A stretch of 64,000 nt of DNA from Gemmatimonadales bacterium (GCA_965249575.1 OZ252244.1:864001-928000), one strand, 5' to 3'; shown: positions 29,477-40,315, numbered from the stretch's first letter. Translations and numbers: made by a program. The notes: generated by a model from the sequence alone, not told the origin.

Positions 29477-30439
29477 ATGAGAAGCGTGCGGCTGGGGCGA
29501 ACCGGCCTGTCATCCAGCACCGTAGCGCTGGGAACCTGGGCATACGGCGGGCCAAACACCGCACGGGGACAGCCCGTCGGGTGGACTGGACACGACGATC
29601 GGCTGGCCCGAGAGGCACTCATCCGGGCCCATGAAAAGGGGATCCGCCACTGGGATACTGCAGACGTTTACGGGGAGGGCCAATCGGAAACCCTCATCGG
29701 AACGCTGTGGAACGCCGTGCCTCGCGCCGACATCCTGCTTGCCTCAAAGGTCGGATGGGATCCGGGGCCGCAGGGATACTATTACGATCCGGCACACATG
29801 CGGACCAAGCTCGAAGCCTCGCTCCGATACCTGAGGACCGAGGTGATCGATCTCTACTACCTGCACCACTGTGACTTCGGTCCGAACGACGAGCACTTGG
29901 ACGGTGCCGTCGAAACTGTTCGGCAGTTCAGGGAAGAGGGGAAGGTCCAGTTCCTCGGTCTGTCCGACTGGGACAGCGCCCGCGTCGCACGCTTCCTCGA
30001 GCGAGTGGACCCAGACGTCGTGCAGGTCTATCGAAGTGTCGTCGATGACGGGTACGAATCGAGCGGCCTCGCGGGGCTCGTGAAGCAGCGCGACCTGGGT
30101 GTCGCGTTCTTCTCTCCACTCCGTCACGGGCTGCTGCTCGGGACGTATGATCGTCCGACGTCGTTTGGAGCGGGGGATTGGCGTAACGGGATCCCCGAGT
30201 TTCGCGATCCGGAGGTTCTGGCAACAATGCGGCGAAATAGGGACGCGCTGAGCCAACGATTCGGGGAAAGCCTGCAACCTGTTTTACATGGACTCTGCGG
30301 CGCACTTTTGAGCGACGCGCCCAAGGGGTGCGTGCTGCTGGGACTCCGCAACGCGGATCAGGTCGATGCAGCGGCCTCTGTAGGGGAGCCCGTGAGCCCC
30401 GTTGATGCCGCGTGGGTAAAGGCACTCTACAGGCCCTGA
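29477..30439 (+). CDS. Aldo/keto reductase
   Basis: LGRTGL, WDTADVYG, ASKVG, IDLYYLH, SPLRHGLL. Confidence 0.92.
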   Translation: MRSVRLGRTGLSSSTVALGTWAYGGPNTARGQPVGWTGHDDRLAREALIRAHEKGIRHWDTADVYGEGQSETLIGTLWNAVPRADILLASKVGWDPGPQGYYYDPAHMRTKLEASLRYLRTEVIDLYYLHHCDFGPNDEHLDGAVETVRQFREEGKVQFLGLSDWDSARVARFLERVDPDVVQVYRSVVDDGYESSGLAGLVKQRDLGVAFFSPLRHGLLLGTYDRPTSFGAGDWRNGIPEFRDPEVLATMRRNRDALSQRFGESLQPVLHGLCGALLSDAPKGCVLLGLRNADQVDAAASVGEPVSPVDAAWVKALYRP

Positions 30440-30490
30440 ACGGATGATGCAGATCCGCCAGTGACCACGCTTGAGGGGAGAACGCGGAAA

Positions 30491-31735
30491 ATGAGCCATC
30501 ACGATTGGATCGCGCCTGAGGAACACCAGCTGACCGCCGCACAGATGCAGGATCTGTGGCGCGTGAGCCGCGAGAGCGGGATGTCGCGTCGTGATTTCGT
30601 GCGCCTGCTGGCGGCAGGTGGGAGCACCGCGGTGCTGTCAGCGTGCGATCGGCGAGCTGACACCCCACACACACCGTCGGACCCGGAAGACGCTCCGTGG
30701 GTCAAGAATCCGGCTCCGTTCATACGGCATCCGACGAACCTCGAGACGCGATTGGAGAATCTCACGGGGTTCCTGACACCCAACTCGCAGTTTTTCGTGC
30801 GGAACCATGCGCCAACGCCGAGGATCGACCCCGCCGCCTATCGTCTGCGCGTGGAAGGTGACGCCGTGCGGGAGCCCGTCGAGCTCAGCTACGACGACCT
30901 GCTTCGCCTCCCTGGCCATTCCATGATCGCGTATGTCGAGTGCGCTGGGAATTGGCGCGGGTTCTACAGTCAAGTAATGGGTCAGGTGGCGAGCGGAGGA
31001 CAATGGGGAACGGGCGCGGTGGGATGCTCCAGCTGGTCCGGCGTGTCACTCGGCTCGATACTCGACCTGGCGGGAATCACGCCGGCCGCGGTCGACGTCA
31101 ACCTCATCGGCGGTGACGAAGGAGAGTTCAGCAGGCCTCTGCCGGTCGACAAAGCGACGGAGTCTGACGTGATGCTGGCGCACACGATGAACGGCGAACC
31201 CCTCCCACCCGATCACGGATTCCCCGTACGCGCAGTCGTACCCGGATGGGTTGGTAGCTCGAGCGTCAAATGGCTCTCACAAATCGTGGTCTCGTCGCAG
31301 AGGATTTGGGGCAAGAATAACACGACGTCCTACGTACTCATCGGTCCACGATGGCCCCAGGAACGCTACGATCCCGCCCAGGGCGCGCCGATCACCAAGC
31401 TGAACGTCAAGAGCGCGATCGCCTTACCACGTCCGGCTTCACTTCGTGCCGGCCCCCAAACAGTTCGGGGCTTCGCCCATTCGCCTCATGGCTCGATTGC
31501 AGGCGTTGAGTGGCGGGAAGGCAACGGAGCCTGGCAGCCCGCACGCTTGCTCCAGCCCGTGTATCCTCGGGCCTGGGTGCGATTCGAGTTCGATTGGTCA
31601 GCGGTGCCGGGGCGCCACACACTTACCGTGCGCGCCACGGACGTACGGGGAAACACCCAGCCATCCACCGCGGCGCCGAATGAGAAAGGGTACCTGCTGA
31701 ACGTCCCGCTGGAGCATCCCGTGGTGGTCGCATAA
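30491..31735 (+). CDS. Tat-exported sulfite-oxidase-family molybdoenzyme (SorA/SoxC-like)
   Basis: SRRDFV and LSAC; FFVRNH, ECAGN (Mo-ligand Cys), DHGFPVRAVVPGWVG, VKWL, RATD. Confidence 0.9.
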   Translation: MSHHDWIAPEEHQLTAAQMQDLWRVSRESGMSRRDFVRLLAAGGSTAVLSACDRRADTPHTPSDPEDAPWVKNPAPFIRHPTNLETRLENLTGFLTPNSQFFVRNHAPTPRIDPAAYRLRVEGDAVREPVELSYDDLLRLPGHSMIAYVECAGNWRGFYSQVMGQVASGGQWGTGAVGCSSWSGVSLGSILDLAGITPAAVDVNLIGGDEGEFSRPLPVDKATESDVMLAHTMNGEPLPPDHGFPVRAVVPGWVGSSSVKWLSQIVVSSQRIWGKNNTTSYVLIGPRWPQERYDPAQGAPITKLNVKSAIALPRPASLRAGPQTVRGFAHSPHGSIAGVEWREGNGAWQPARLLQPVYPRAWVRFEFDWSAVPGRHTLTVRATDVRGNTQPSTAAPNEKGYLLNVPLEHPVVVA

Positions 31736-31764
31736 GCGCCTCTAACCGTGCCGGCCGGATCGCC

Positions 31765-32133
31765 GTGGCGGGGGTCTCCGCCATACTCGCCATCGGAGGC
31801 TTCGTCGTCCTGAAGTGGCAGGGACATTCCGCCACGCAACAGCTGACCGACGGGCGTGCCCTTTACGAACGCTACTGTTACGCGTGTCACGATGTCGAGG
31901 GAAACATCGGGACGGCGCTCTCGGCCGACGAGCTGCGGTCCTATGAGACCGCCACACGGCTGTTCAGCTACGTGCGGTTTGCGATGCCGTACGACGCGCC
32001 TGGGGCTCTGACGGATCAGCAGTACTGGGATCTGCTGACGCACTTGCTGGTTTCGAGGGGACTGTTCGCTGGTTCACAGCGACTTACGCCGCCAGTGGCA
32101 GATACCCTCACCCTACGACCCGGTGCGCGGTAG
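31765..32133 (+). CDS. Monoheme cytochrome c, probable partner of the molybdoenzyme
   Basis: N-terminal anchor; CYACH; AMPYDAPGAL (axial Met). Confidence 0.85.
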   Translation: MAGVSAILAIGGFVVLKWQGHSATQQLTDGRALYERYCYACHDVEGNIGTALSADELRSYETATRLFSYVRFAMPYDAPGALTDQQYWDLLTHLLVSRGLFAGSQRLTPPVADTLTLRPGAR

Positions 32134-32174
32134 CCTCACGTCCGCGCGCAGGACTCCGGTGCCGGGTGCCCGGG

Positions 32175-33485
32175 CTACGGTCGCTTGTAGATGACACCTC
32201 CCTTCATGACGAACCGGACGTCTTCGAGCACCCGAACGTCTTGAAGGGGATCCCCGGGAACCGCGATCAGATCGGCTAGGAGTCCCGAGGCGACCCGGCC
32301 ACGGTCCTCGACACCGAGCAACTCCGCCGCGTGAATCGTTGCGGTCCGGACCGCCTCGAGTGGCGTCATCCCTCTGTCTACGAGCGTCGCGAACTCCTTC
32401 GCGTTGTTGCCATGAGGAAACACGCCCGCGTCGGTACCGAACGCTATCCTCACACCAGCCTCGATCGCGCGCCGCAGGCCTTCTTTGGCACGCGGCACGA
32501 CATACTCGGCTTTGACCCGCATCGCGGGCGGTAGCCGCGCGGGGTCCACGAAATCCGACAGGTACGCCGTGGGGACGAGAAACGTCCCCTCCTCCTTCAT
32601 GACGTGAATCGCCTCGTCAGTCAGCAGGGAACCGTGCTCGATCGACACCGCACCGGCTCGCGCCGACGCGATGATGCCTTCTGTTCCGTGCGCGTGCGCC
32701 GCCACCTTGAGCCCATGTCGTGCCGCCTCTTCCACGGCGATCCGTATCTCGCGATCGGAGTACTGTTGCGCGCCAACGGATTCCTCGAACGACAGCACCC
32801 CGGCGGTCGCGCAGATCTTGATGAGCTTTGCTCCATGCTTGATCTGATAGCGCACCGCCCGAAGCACGCCATCGACGCCGTCTGCCACTCCCTGCTCCGG
32901 ACCACGCTCCACGATCCCGGGCGCATATCCGGTGGCATCACAGTGTCCGCCGGTGATACTCAGCGCCTTCCCCGCAGGCATCACGCGGGGCCCGACGATC
33001 CATCCGCCATCGATCGCGTGCATCAGCGAGACGTCGACGAACCCGGCAGCACCCACCTCGCGGATGGTCGTGAACCCCGCCTCGAGAGTGCGTTGAGCGT
33101 TGCGAACGCCTCGCAGCGCCAGGTCGGCGTTCGCCTCTGTGACGGCGTGATGCGCCCAGTCGCCTTCGAGGTCGTGGGTCAGGTGCGTGTGGGTATCCAT
33201 GAGCCCGGGTAGGAGGATCAAGCCACTGAGGTCGATGGTCGTGCCTTGTCCGTCGACACCGGAGTTCACGCTCTCGATACGGCCGTCGCTGATGACGACC
33301 ACTCCGGGGCGAACGACTCGACCCGCTTCGACGTCCAGCAACCCGTCAGCCCGCAGGATTGTGCGCTGGAGCGCGTTGGACACGGACACTGAGCCGGTGG
33401 ACAGGAATAACACGCCGATCGTCAGTGTCCCGACCACGATCCGGCGCTCGCTTCGACCTTGTGCTCTCGTCGTCATACCAATCAC
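32175..33485 (-). CDS. Amidohydrolase (Xaa-Pro dipeptidase-like), secreted
   Basis: PGLMDTHTH, IKICAT, AAHAHG, IEHG, FGTDAG, ADLIAV. Confidence 0.92.
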   Translation of the reverse strand: MIGMTTRAQGRSERRIVVGTLTIGVLFLSTGSVSVSNALQRTILRADGLLDVEAGRVVRPGVVVISDGRIESVNSGVDGQGTTIDLSGLILLPGLMDTHTHLTHDLEGDWAHHAVTEANADLALRGVRNAQRTLEAGFTTIREVGAAGFVDVSLMHAIDGGWIVGPRVMPAGKALSITGGHCDATGYAPGIVERGPEQGVADGVDGVLRAVRYQIKHGAKLIKICATAGVLSFEESVGAQQYSDREIRIAVEEAARHGLKVAAHAHGTEGIIASARAGAVSIEHGSLLTDEAIHVMKEEGTFLVPTAYLSDFVDPARLPPAMRVKAEYVVPRAKEGLRRAIEAGVRIAFGTDAGVFPHGNNAKEFATLVDRGMTPLEAVRTATIHAAELLGVEDRGRVASGLLADLIAVPGDPLQDVRVLEDVRFVMKGGVIYKRP

Positions 33486-35035
33486 TCCGGCCAGTTCGCG
33501 TATGCATACAAGATGTCTACGAACGACTTTTCGGCGTCGACGATGCCAGCGACACGGTCGTTGCCCTCGATCACCAGGTATTCGTCAGGCGCATGGGCTC
33601 GTCCTCCGTGACCGAGACCGCCCTGAACGATGGGGAGGTTCAATGGCGGGCCGGCATAGAGCACCTGTGGATTGGAGGCTGCGGACCTCGGCCAGATCAT
33701 GGGCTCGATGCCGTACTGCTGGTACACCGACAACACGGCCTGAACCGGCGCTGCCGTCACGCTCGTCCGATACCACTCATCGTGGGTTGGAACCTCTTCG
33801 AGACTGATGTCGTCGAATCCGTGGCGGTCCAGGTGGGCTCGCATGAGGCCCACCTGCTCAGCGATCATCTGGTTCGGCACCAATCGGGCGTCGAGCCGCG
33901 CGGTCGCCTTTTCCGGAAGAATCGTCGCCGTTCCGGGCCCGGTATACCCGCCGAAGATTCCGTTGATGTTCAACGAGGGGTCGTACACCAGGTGCCGGAT
34001 CACCTCCGCCACGCTCCAGTCGTTGATGTACGCCTCGACGTTCCCCCGGTCCCTCGCCAGGGCCTGGTCGCCGTACTTCGAGATGATGGTTTCCACCAAC
34101 ATGCGTTCCTCCTCGGTCGGTGGCACAACCGAGTCGTAGAAACCGTCGATCAGAATGCGGTTCCCCGTCTCGTCCACCATCGAGGAGAGCGCTTCCACCA
34201 GCCGCCACACCGGGCTATCCAGGACGGCCTTGTGCGCCGAGATAACCGCCCGCTCTTGCGGCCCCCGCCCCCACCGCCGTCCGTGACACTCGAGGACGAC
34301 ATAAATGATGCCCTTGCGGCCAAGGTGCATCGTAATGAACCCGTCGCGGTCCTGTGACGGTGTGGCCCGCACGTGAGCCGAGCACGCCGCGAGCTGCTCG
34401 TAACGCGGCTCGAGGATCTGGTGCAGGTGAACACTTCCCTGCTCTTCCTCGCCTTCGCAGGTGAACATGATGTTGACCGGGAGCTTTCCCTCCACCGCGA
34501 TGATCGCCTCACACGCGTTGAGGAACATCCGGTTGGGCCCCTTATCGTTGATAGCGCCGCGGGCAATGATCACCTGCTGGAACGGCTCCCGCTCGACGAG
34601 ATTCGCCGCCAGTGGCGGAGATGACCACTCGCTCTCATCCCAGGGTTGGATGTCGTACATCATGTACGTCGAGATTGTCTTCTCGGCGCCAGCGTCGTAC
34701 CACGCCCACACACCGGGATATCCATCCGTCGGTACCACCTCCGCCTGCCGACATCCGATTTCCTCAAACGAGGTCTTCATCAGGTCCGCCATCTCGCTCA
34801 TCCCCATGTTCCAACTGCTGACTGAGGGCTGACGCAGATCGCGCTGCACATTCGCGACGTGCTCGTCCTTATGATCTTCGATGTACTTGTAGATCTTTTC
34901 AATCTGTGCAGTCCGCAGCACGTCGCGTGCGAAGTGTTTCGGTTGATTCAGAAATCTGAAGAAGCTCGGCCCCCCCGCCGCCCCGAGCATCGCGCCACCT
35001 CCGACCTTCAGAAACTCCTTGCGCGACAGCGTCAT
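33482..35035 (-). CDS. Tat-exported M20-family metallopeptidase
   Basis: SRKEFLK; YMMYDIQP, ARGAINDKGP, EGEEEQGS, RAHAPDEY. Confidence 0.88.
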   Translation of the reverse strand: MTLSRKEFLKVGGGAMLGAAGGPSFFRFLNQPKHFARDVLRTAQIEKIYKYIEDHKDEHVANVQRDLRQPSVSSWNMGMSEMADLMKTSFEEIGCRQAEVVPTDGYPGVWAWYDAGAEKTISTYMMYDIQPWDESEWSSPPLAANLVEREPFQQVIIARGAINDKGPNRMFLNACEAIIAVEGKLPVNIMFTCEGEEEQGSVHLHQILEPRYEQLAACSAHVRATPSQDRDGFITMHLGRKGIIYVVLECHGRRWGRGPQERAVISAHKAVLDSPVWRLVEALSSMVDETGNRILIDGFYDSVVPPTEEERMLVETIISKYGDQALARDRGNVEAYINDWSVAEVIRHLVYDPSLNINGIFGGYTGPGTATILPEKATARLDARLVPNQMIAEQVGLMRAHLDRHGFDDISLEEVPTHDEWYRTSVTAAPVQAVLSVYQQYGIEPMIWPRSAASNPQVLYAGPPLNLPIVQGGLGHGGRAHAPDEYLVIEGNDRVAGIVDAEKSFVDILYAYANWPE

Positions 35036-35245
35036 CTGCTTCTCCGGGTACTCGGTTGAGGTGTAACACTCCGGTCACCGATCACGGCTTCCGAATGAAG
35101 GCTCGTCGCAGGAAGCTACGAGGCGGGCGCCAGCGGGCAAGACATCCGATGGGGACTCGGGCGCCGCTCTGGACGGCCCGCGTCCCAGAGGTTCATTTTT
35201 TGAGTCCCGGTTCAATCACCCTCGACATCCGAGCAAATCGATTTC

Positions 35246-36212
35246 ATGTCTGCCGACCGGCCCTCTGCCTCAATCGTTCTGGTCGCCGGCGACCAGCGGG
35301 AACGGGCAAGTGGCGCACTCGCGAGCATTCTCGGCCAAGACGGCATCGACGACGCCGAGGTGATCCTCATCGATGCGGCGTCCCTACCGGTGCCGCCCTT
35401 GGACGGCGCCGATCATCCGAAGGTGAGGCTCATACGAAAGGAAAAGCGACCGACCTACGGCGAAATGCGAGCGGAGGGCGTCGCGCAGGCGCGCGGCGAT
35501 ATCGTGGCCTTTCTCGAGGAGCACTGCGTGGCCCGACCGGGTTGGCTGCGAGCGAGTGTCGAAGCCTGCTCCGGCCGCTGGGTGGGCGCCGGGGGGGAGG
35601 TCATTGCACGAAACGCGGGTATCGGGACCAGCGACGCGGTGGCACTGATGTACTATGGTCGGTGGCGCGCACCCGCGCAGTTCGAAGAAACCGAGCTAAG
35701 CCCGGGCCACAACACGGCCTATCGACGGGAAGCGCTCCTGCCGTTCGAACAGCGACCTGGCGGACATGCTGCTTTCGGAGGCCGTGCTCCAGTGGAAGCT
35801 CGGCGAAGCCGGGCACTCCCTCGGCTTGGATCCGGCGATCAAGTTCGAACACCTGAACGAGACCACGCTCGCGAGTACCAGCATCGCCGTCTACTACTGG
35901 CACCGATGCTTTGGAGTTAATCGCGCAAAGCTCATGGGTTGGTCCGTCTGGATGAAAGCCTTGCGAGTCGTTGCGAGCCCGCTGGTGCCCCCGGTGCGAC
36001 TGCTGAAGCTCCTCAAACACGTCCTGCGCGACCGGCCAGCAGACTTGGGCATGTTCGTGCGCAACATTTTCGTGATCTTGACTGTGCAGAGCTGCGCGAG
36101 CGCTGGCATGGCCATGGGGCTCCTCTTCGGCCCCGGCGACGCCCCCGCCCGGCTCACGGACATCGAGCTCGACGCGTTCCGGGGCTTGCCCACCGAGGGG
36201 ATCGAAGCGTGA
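35246..36212 (+). pseudogene. Glycosyltransferase family 2, frameshift near 35757
   Basis: EVILID, ARGDIVAFLEEH, PGHNTAYRR; continues as MLLSEAVLQW in ORF 35766-36212. Confidence 0.75.
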
Positions 36213-36288
36213 CAGTGCCGTGGCCACGCGGACTCCTCGGAGCGCGAGCCTCCGCCTGCGGAGTCCAGTTTTCACCCCGCTCGCGCCC

Positions 36289-37197
36289 ATGAGTCAGGCG
36301 GTCCCCAGCGTTTCCATCATCATACCGGCGTATTCCTCGCACCCGACGATCGGTGCCAACCTCGAGACGATGGTCCGCCAGACGTACGCGAATGCCGAGA
36401 TCATCGTCATCGACAGCAGCCCCGACGACCGCACGCAACAAATCCTCGAGCCGCGGTTGGCCGGCATACGGTATGTGCGCAGTTCCGAGCGCCTTCTCCC
36501 CCACGCGGCCCGCAACCGTGGCGCCGAAATTGCGCGGGGCGATCTGCTCATGTTCACCGACCCGGACGTCTATGCGCCGCCCGGCTGGGTGCGGTCAATG
36601 GTCGATGCCTACCACCGGCACGGAGGCGTGATCGTTGGATCGGTTGCTTGCCACGGCACCGGCTGGGTCCACATGGCAATGCACCTGTGCAAGTTCGACA
36701 AGTGGTTGCCGGGCGGACCCACTAGGAGCACCGACATCAGCCCGACCGTCAACATGTTGTGCGACCGGCACTCGTTCGATGCCGTCGGTGGATTCGATGA
36801 CACGGGAATGCTTGGCGACACCCTCATGAGCTGGGCCTTCGTGGACTCCGGTATGTCCCTCCGTTTCGTTCCAACCGCCGTCATCGAACACCATCACCTG
36901 GGAACGCTGATCGACCTCGTCAGCGAGCGGTACCGATGGGGTGTCGAGTTCGGGATCATACGCGCCCGTCGTGCCCGGTGGTCGCGGACGCGCATCTTGG
37001 CTCAGGCCATCGGTTCGGTCATCCCGTTGCGCTTGGCCAAGCTCACCATTCGAACGGCGGCGGCAGCGACTCACAGTGGGCACACCGTGCAACTCGCCAG
37101 GGTGTTCCCGGCCGTGGCGGCCGGACACGCCGCGTGGCTCGCGGGCGAAGCGACTTCCTACCTGCGTTTGCTCGCCGAAACCGGCCGGAGTAGTTGA
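36289..37197 (+). CDS. Glycosyltransferase family 2
   Basis: VSIIIPAY, EIIVIDS, AARNRG, FTDPD, VGGFD. Confidence 0.9.
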   Translation: MSQAVPSVSIIIPAYSSHPTIGANLETMVRQTYANAEIIVIDSSPDDRTQQILEPRLAGIRYVRSSERLLPHAARNRGAEIARGDLLMFTDPDVYAPPGWVRSMVDAYHRHGGVIVGSVACHGTGWVHMAMHLCKFDKWLPGGPTRSTDISPTVNMLCDRHSFDAVGGFDDTGMLGDTLMSWAFVDSGMSLRFVPTAVIEHHHLGTLIDLVSERYRWGVEFGIIRARRARWSRTRILAQAIGSVIPLRLAKLTIRTAAAATHSGHTVQLARVFPAVAAGHAAWLAGEATSYLRLLAETGRSS

Positions 37198-38399
37198 TGC
37201 GGGTGTTCATGCTGACCCACAACATGTCCGCGATCGGCGGCAGCTATCAGCGATCCCAATCGCTAGCCAAGCAGCTCGCACGGCTGGGCAACGAAGTAAC
37301 TCTCATAGCAAGCCGCCGGGAGCCGGGGCTCAGGATAATCGTCGAGAGCAGGGATGGAGTCCGGACCGTGCAGATGGCGGATTTGTTTCCGGAGCGGATT
37401 CGTCACGGTGGCTTGAGTCCAATCGATCTGCTGGGCCGGACGATCGCCGTTCTCGGCGCAATGCCGGATATCGTACACGGCTTCGACCATCGCCCCTGCG
37501 TCTCCGTCCCACCCCTGCTAGCCCGCTGGCTTGGTAGAACCAGGTTCGTCTCGGACTGGGCGGACTTATGGGGGGAAGACAGAATAGCGGGCGAGCGACA
37601 CGGGGTAACCAAAGCCACCCTCGGGCGCGCCGACCACCACGTCGAGCGCTTCATCCGCCGCCACGCGGATGCCGTGACGGCCGTGACAGCGAGTTGGCCG
37701 CGCGCGCACGGGCCCTAGGCGTTCCGCACCATCTGGTGCGAATCGTGGCGGTTGGAGCGAGCGCGGATTTCATTCGACCGCTGCCGAAGGCAGTTGTGCG
37801 CGCCAAGTACGGGATCGAGCCGGACGCCAACGTCCTCGTGCACGCCGGGTTCGCACCGTACGACGTGCGACTCCTGGGTGAGACCTTCGTGTCTCTGGCC
37901 CGTCATGACCCCAAGGCGCTCCTCCTGATGACCGGCGACCATTTCGACGGCGTGGATGAGGTGTGCCGAGCGGCTGGGATCGCCGATCGCGTCCGGCACC
38001 TGGGGTTTGCCTTACAACGAGCTGGGAGAGGTGCTCGCGAGTGCGGACGTGGGCGTGCTACCATATACCGATCGACCCCTGAACAGTGCTCGCTACCCCA
38101 ATCGTGTCGGGGACTACCTGGCGGCGGGTCGTCCCGTCGCTACCAATCTCACCGGCGATTTGGGAAACCTGATCCGGACCGAGCGCGTCGGGGTTACGGC
38201 GGACGAAAACCCAGATGCGTTCGCAGCCGCCATTCGCGATCTGTTCGAGCATGCCCATCATCGCCAGGAGATGGGCCGGCGCGCCCGAGCACTCGCCGAG
38301 ACGCGGCTTTCGTGGCGCGCGATGGCCCAGCGGGTCCAGCAGCTCTACGAGGATCTCATGGTCGTCGCACCCGGGTGCGGCCGGGCACGGTACGCATAG
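37197..38399 (+). pseudogene. Glycosyltransferase family 4, frameshifts near 37690 and 38005
   Basis: MRVFML, PDIVH, SDWADLWG, ADVGVLP, YPNRVGDYLAAGRPVAT, MGRRARALAE, spread over three frames. Confidence 0.78.
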
Positions 38400-39613
38400 G
38401 CCGCGGTCACGCGGAATCCGGCGATCCCAACCCCAGCCCAGGCGACCCCGGTCACTCCATACGTCACGGCCGCCATGACCGCGACTGCAGCCCCAAGGCC
38501 CGCGATGGCGAGTTGGACCAGGACGTACTGGTTGAGACGCGCTTGCGCCGCCCGCCCGACCACATAGCTGCGAGGAAGCACCTCGCCCAATAGCAGGCCG
38601 CTCGCTACCGCAAGCGGGACGACGAGACCCGAAAGCTCGTCGTAACGCCCACCGTACACAAAGCTGGCCGCGGCGGGGCCGGCGATTATTGCTACCCCAG
38701 TCAGCGTTATCGTGCCGGCCCAGACCCCGACCGCGACTCGCCCACCGCGGAGCTGCGGTCGCCGTACGATCTCGACGGCGAGCAACGGTTGGAGAACACT
38801 GCGTACGAGTACGATCGGGCGCACGAGCACGCTCAACGCCGCGTACGCGGCAAGCTCTTCCGGGGCCACCGCTGCACCTGCGATAATCACGAGCCCTTGG
38901 TCCGGAAGTAAATGCGTAATGGCAAGCGCGCCGAAGCCCACCCCGTGCCACCTGACGCGCCAGTCGATAGCGGTTGCTCCCCGAGCGACGCACGCGTGGA
39001 GACGCCCGAGCGCGGCGAGGACAGTGACTCCTACGGAGGCGACGAGCGCGCCGAGCATGAGATTCAAACGGGCCGTTTCCGGAGCGATCACTACGACCAA
39101 CGCCGGAAGGACCATCAACCCCATCGGCAGCCGCAGCAGCATGGCCGACCACGTGTAGTGACGCTGTGAGTTGAGAATATGTGCCGCGGAATGGGACACG
39201 GTGAGGAGCACGGTCCCCCCAGCAAGCACCAGCCCGTGAGGAAACGACAACCCGTACCCAAGCGCGCATCCCACGACACCTAAAGCCAACAGCGGGAGAC
39301 TAAACCTCAACGCGCCCCAAACATCGCGTAGCCAATTGAAGTGCCCCGCACCCTGATGACTGTAGAGGCGCATCATGAGGCCCGGCTGACCAACCGCTCC
39401 CACAACCGCAATGACCTGCACTAGCGAGGCAATGAGCGCGAAGCGCCCCGCGTCGGCCACCGGTAGCGTTCGCAGTATCACGGCGCTCGCCGCAAGCGAG
39501 AGCAGCGATGTCAGAGCGGAAACCGCGGTCGATCCACTGAAAACGGCCGCGAGGCTCCGTTCCACACGCTCGCCGGGCCCGGAACGCACGGTACCGAGGG
39601 CCGGATCAGTCAC
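38345..39613 (-). CDS. Polysaccharide flippase (Wzx/MOP-like)
   Basis: About 12 hydrophobic segments; LRTLPVADAGRFAL; FVYGGRY; adjacent to glycosyltransferases. Confidence 0.7.
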   Translation of the reverse strand: MTDPALGTVRSGPGERVERSLAAVFSGSTAVSALTSLLSLAASAVILRTLPVADAGRFALIASLVQVIAVVGAVGQPGLMMRLYSHQGAGHFNWLRDVWGALRFSLPLLALGVVGCALGYGLSFPHGLVLAGGTVLLTVSHSAAHILNSQRHYTWSAMLLRLPMGLMVLPALVVVIAPETARLNLMLGALVASVGVTVLAALGRLHACVARGATAIDWRVRWHGVGFGALAITHLLPDQGLVIIAGAAVAPEELAAYAALSVLVRPIVLVRSVLQPLLAVEIVRRPQLRGGRVAVGVWAGTITLTGVAIIAGPAAASFVYGGRYDELSGLVVPLAVASGLLLGEVLPRSYVVGRAAQARLNQYVLVQLAIAGLGAAVAVMAAVTYGVTGVAWAGVGIAGFRVTAAYAYRARPHPGATTMRSS

Positions 39614-39637
39614 TCACGACACCCGGCAGCTTCTATC

Positions 39638-40315
39638 TCAGGTGGGATCTCGTACGGAGGCCTCGGCGCCAAGAACGTCGGTTTCAGTGGACTCTACCGA
39701 GTCGTCCACCAGGGGCGCTTGTGCGGTACGGTTCAGATGCAGAGAAAGAACGCCGAACTGATTGTAGTGGCCGGTGATGTCGTGAATCATTTTCGGGGCA
39801 ATCAAATCGGCGAGGTCGAGGTCCGCGTAGACGATTCCCTCCTCGTCGATCAAGGGCCCGCCGATCGCGCGTCCATCGGGCCCGTACACCGCGGTGAGGG
39901 CATAATTACGTCCTTCGAGGCGTTTCCGCTTGGCGGGCGTGTCGGCAATCAGGCCCAGCGCAGCGTCATCGAGCAGGCTGGTTGACGCGGCGACGAAGAT
40001 CACAGGATCGACCTCATTGAGTCCCATAACGACTACGGCGTTGTGTTCCCGGGCGGCTTCGCACAACACGTCGGTCCACTGACCGGGGACGGTCACCGAG
40101 TTCTCATAGAGCCTCTTGAAGAGCCCCGCCCCCTCCAACGGAGCCTCAAGCCAAACCCAGTAGGGGTAGGCCGGGATGAAGGCTTCGGGGAATGCAACGA
40201 TCGAAGCGCCGTTCCCGGCCGCTTCTCGTATGAGCGAGCACGCCTTGTCTACCGTGCCGGGTAGATCGAGAAACCTGGGCGCCGTCTGAACCGACGCGAT
40301 TCTGGTCTTTCCCAT
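39638..40315 (-). pseudogene. Nitrilase with in-frame deletion of the catalytic core
   Basis: VAFPEAFIPAYPYW (catalytic Glu) and EGIVYADLD...HDITGHYN present; HRK and CxE motifs absent; jump MGLNEVDP|VIFV near 40003. Confidence 0.8.
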
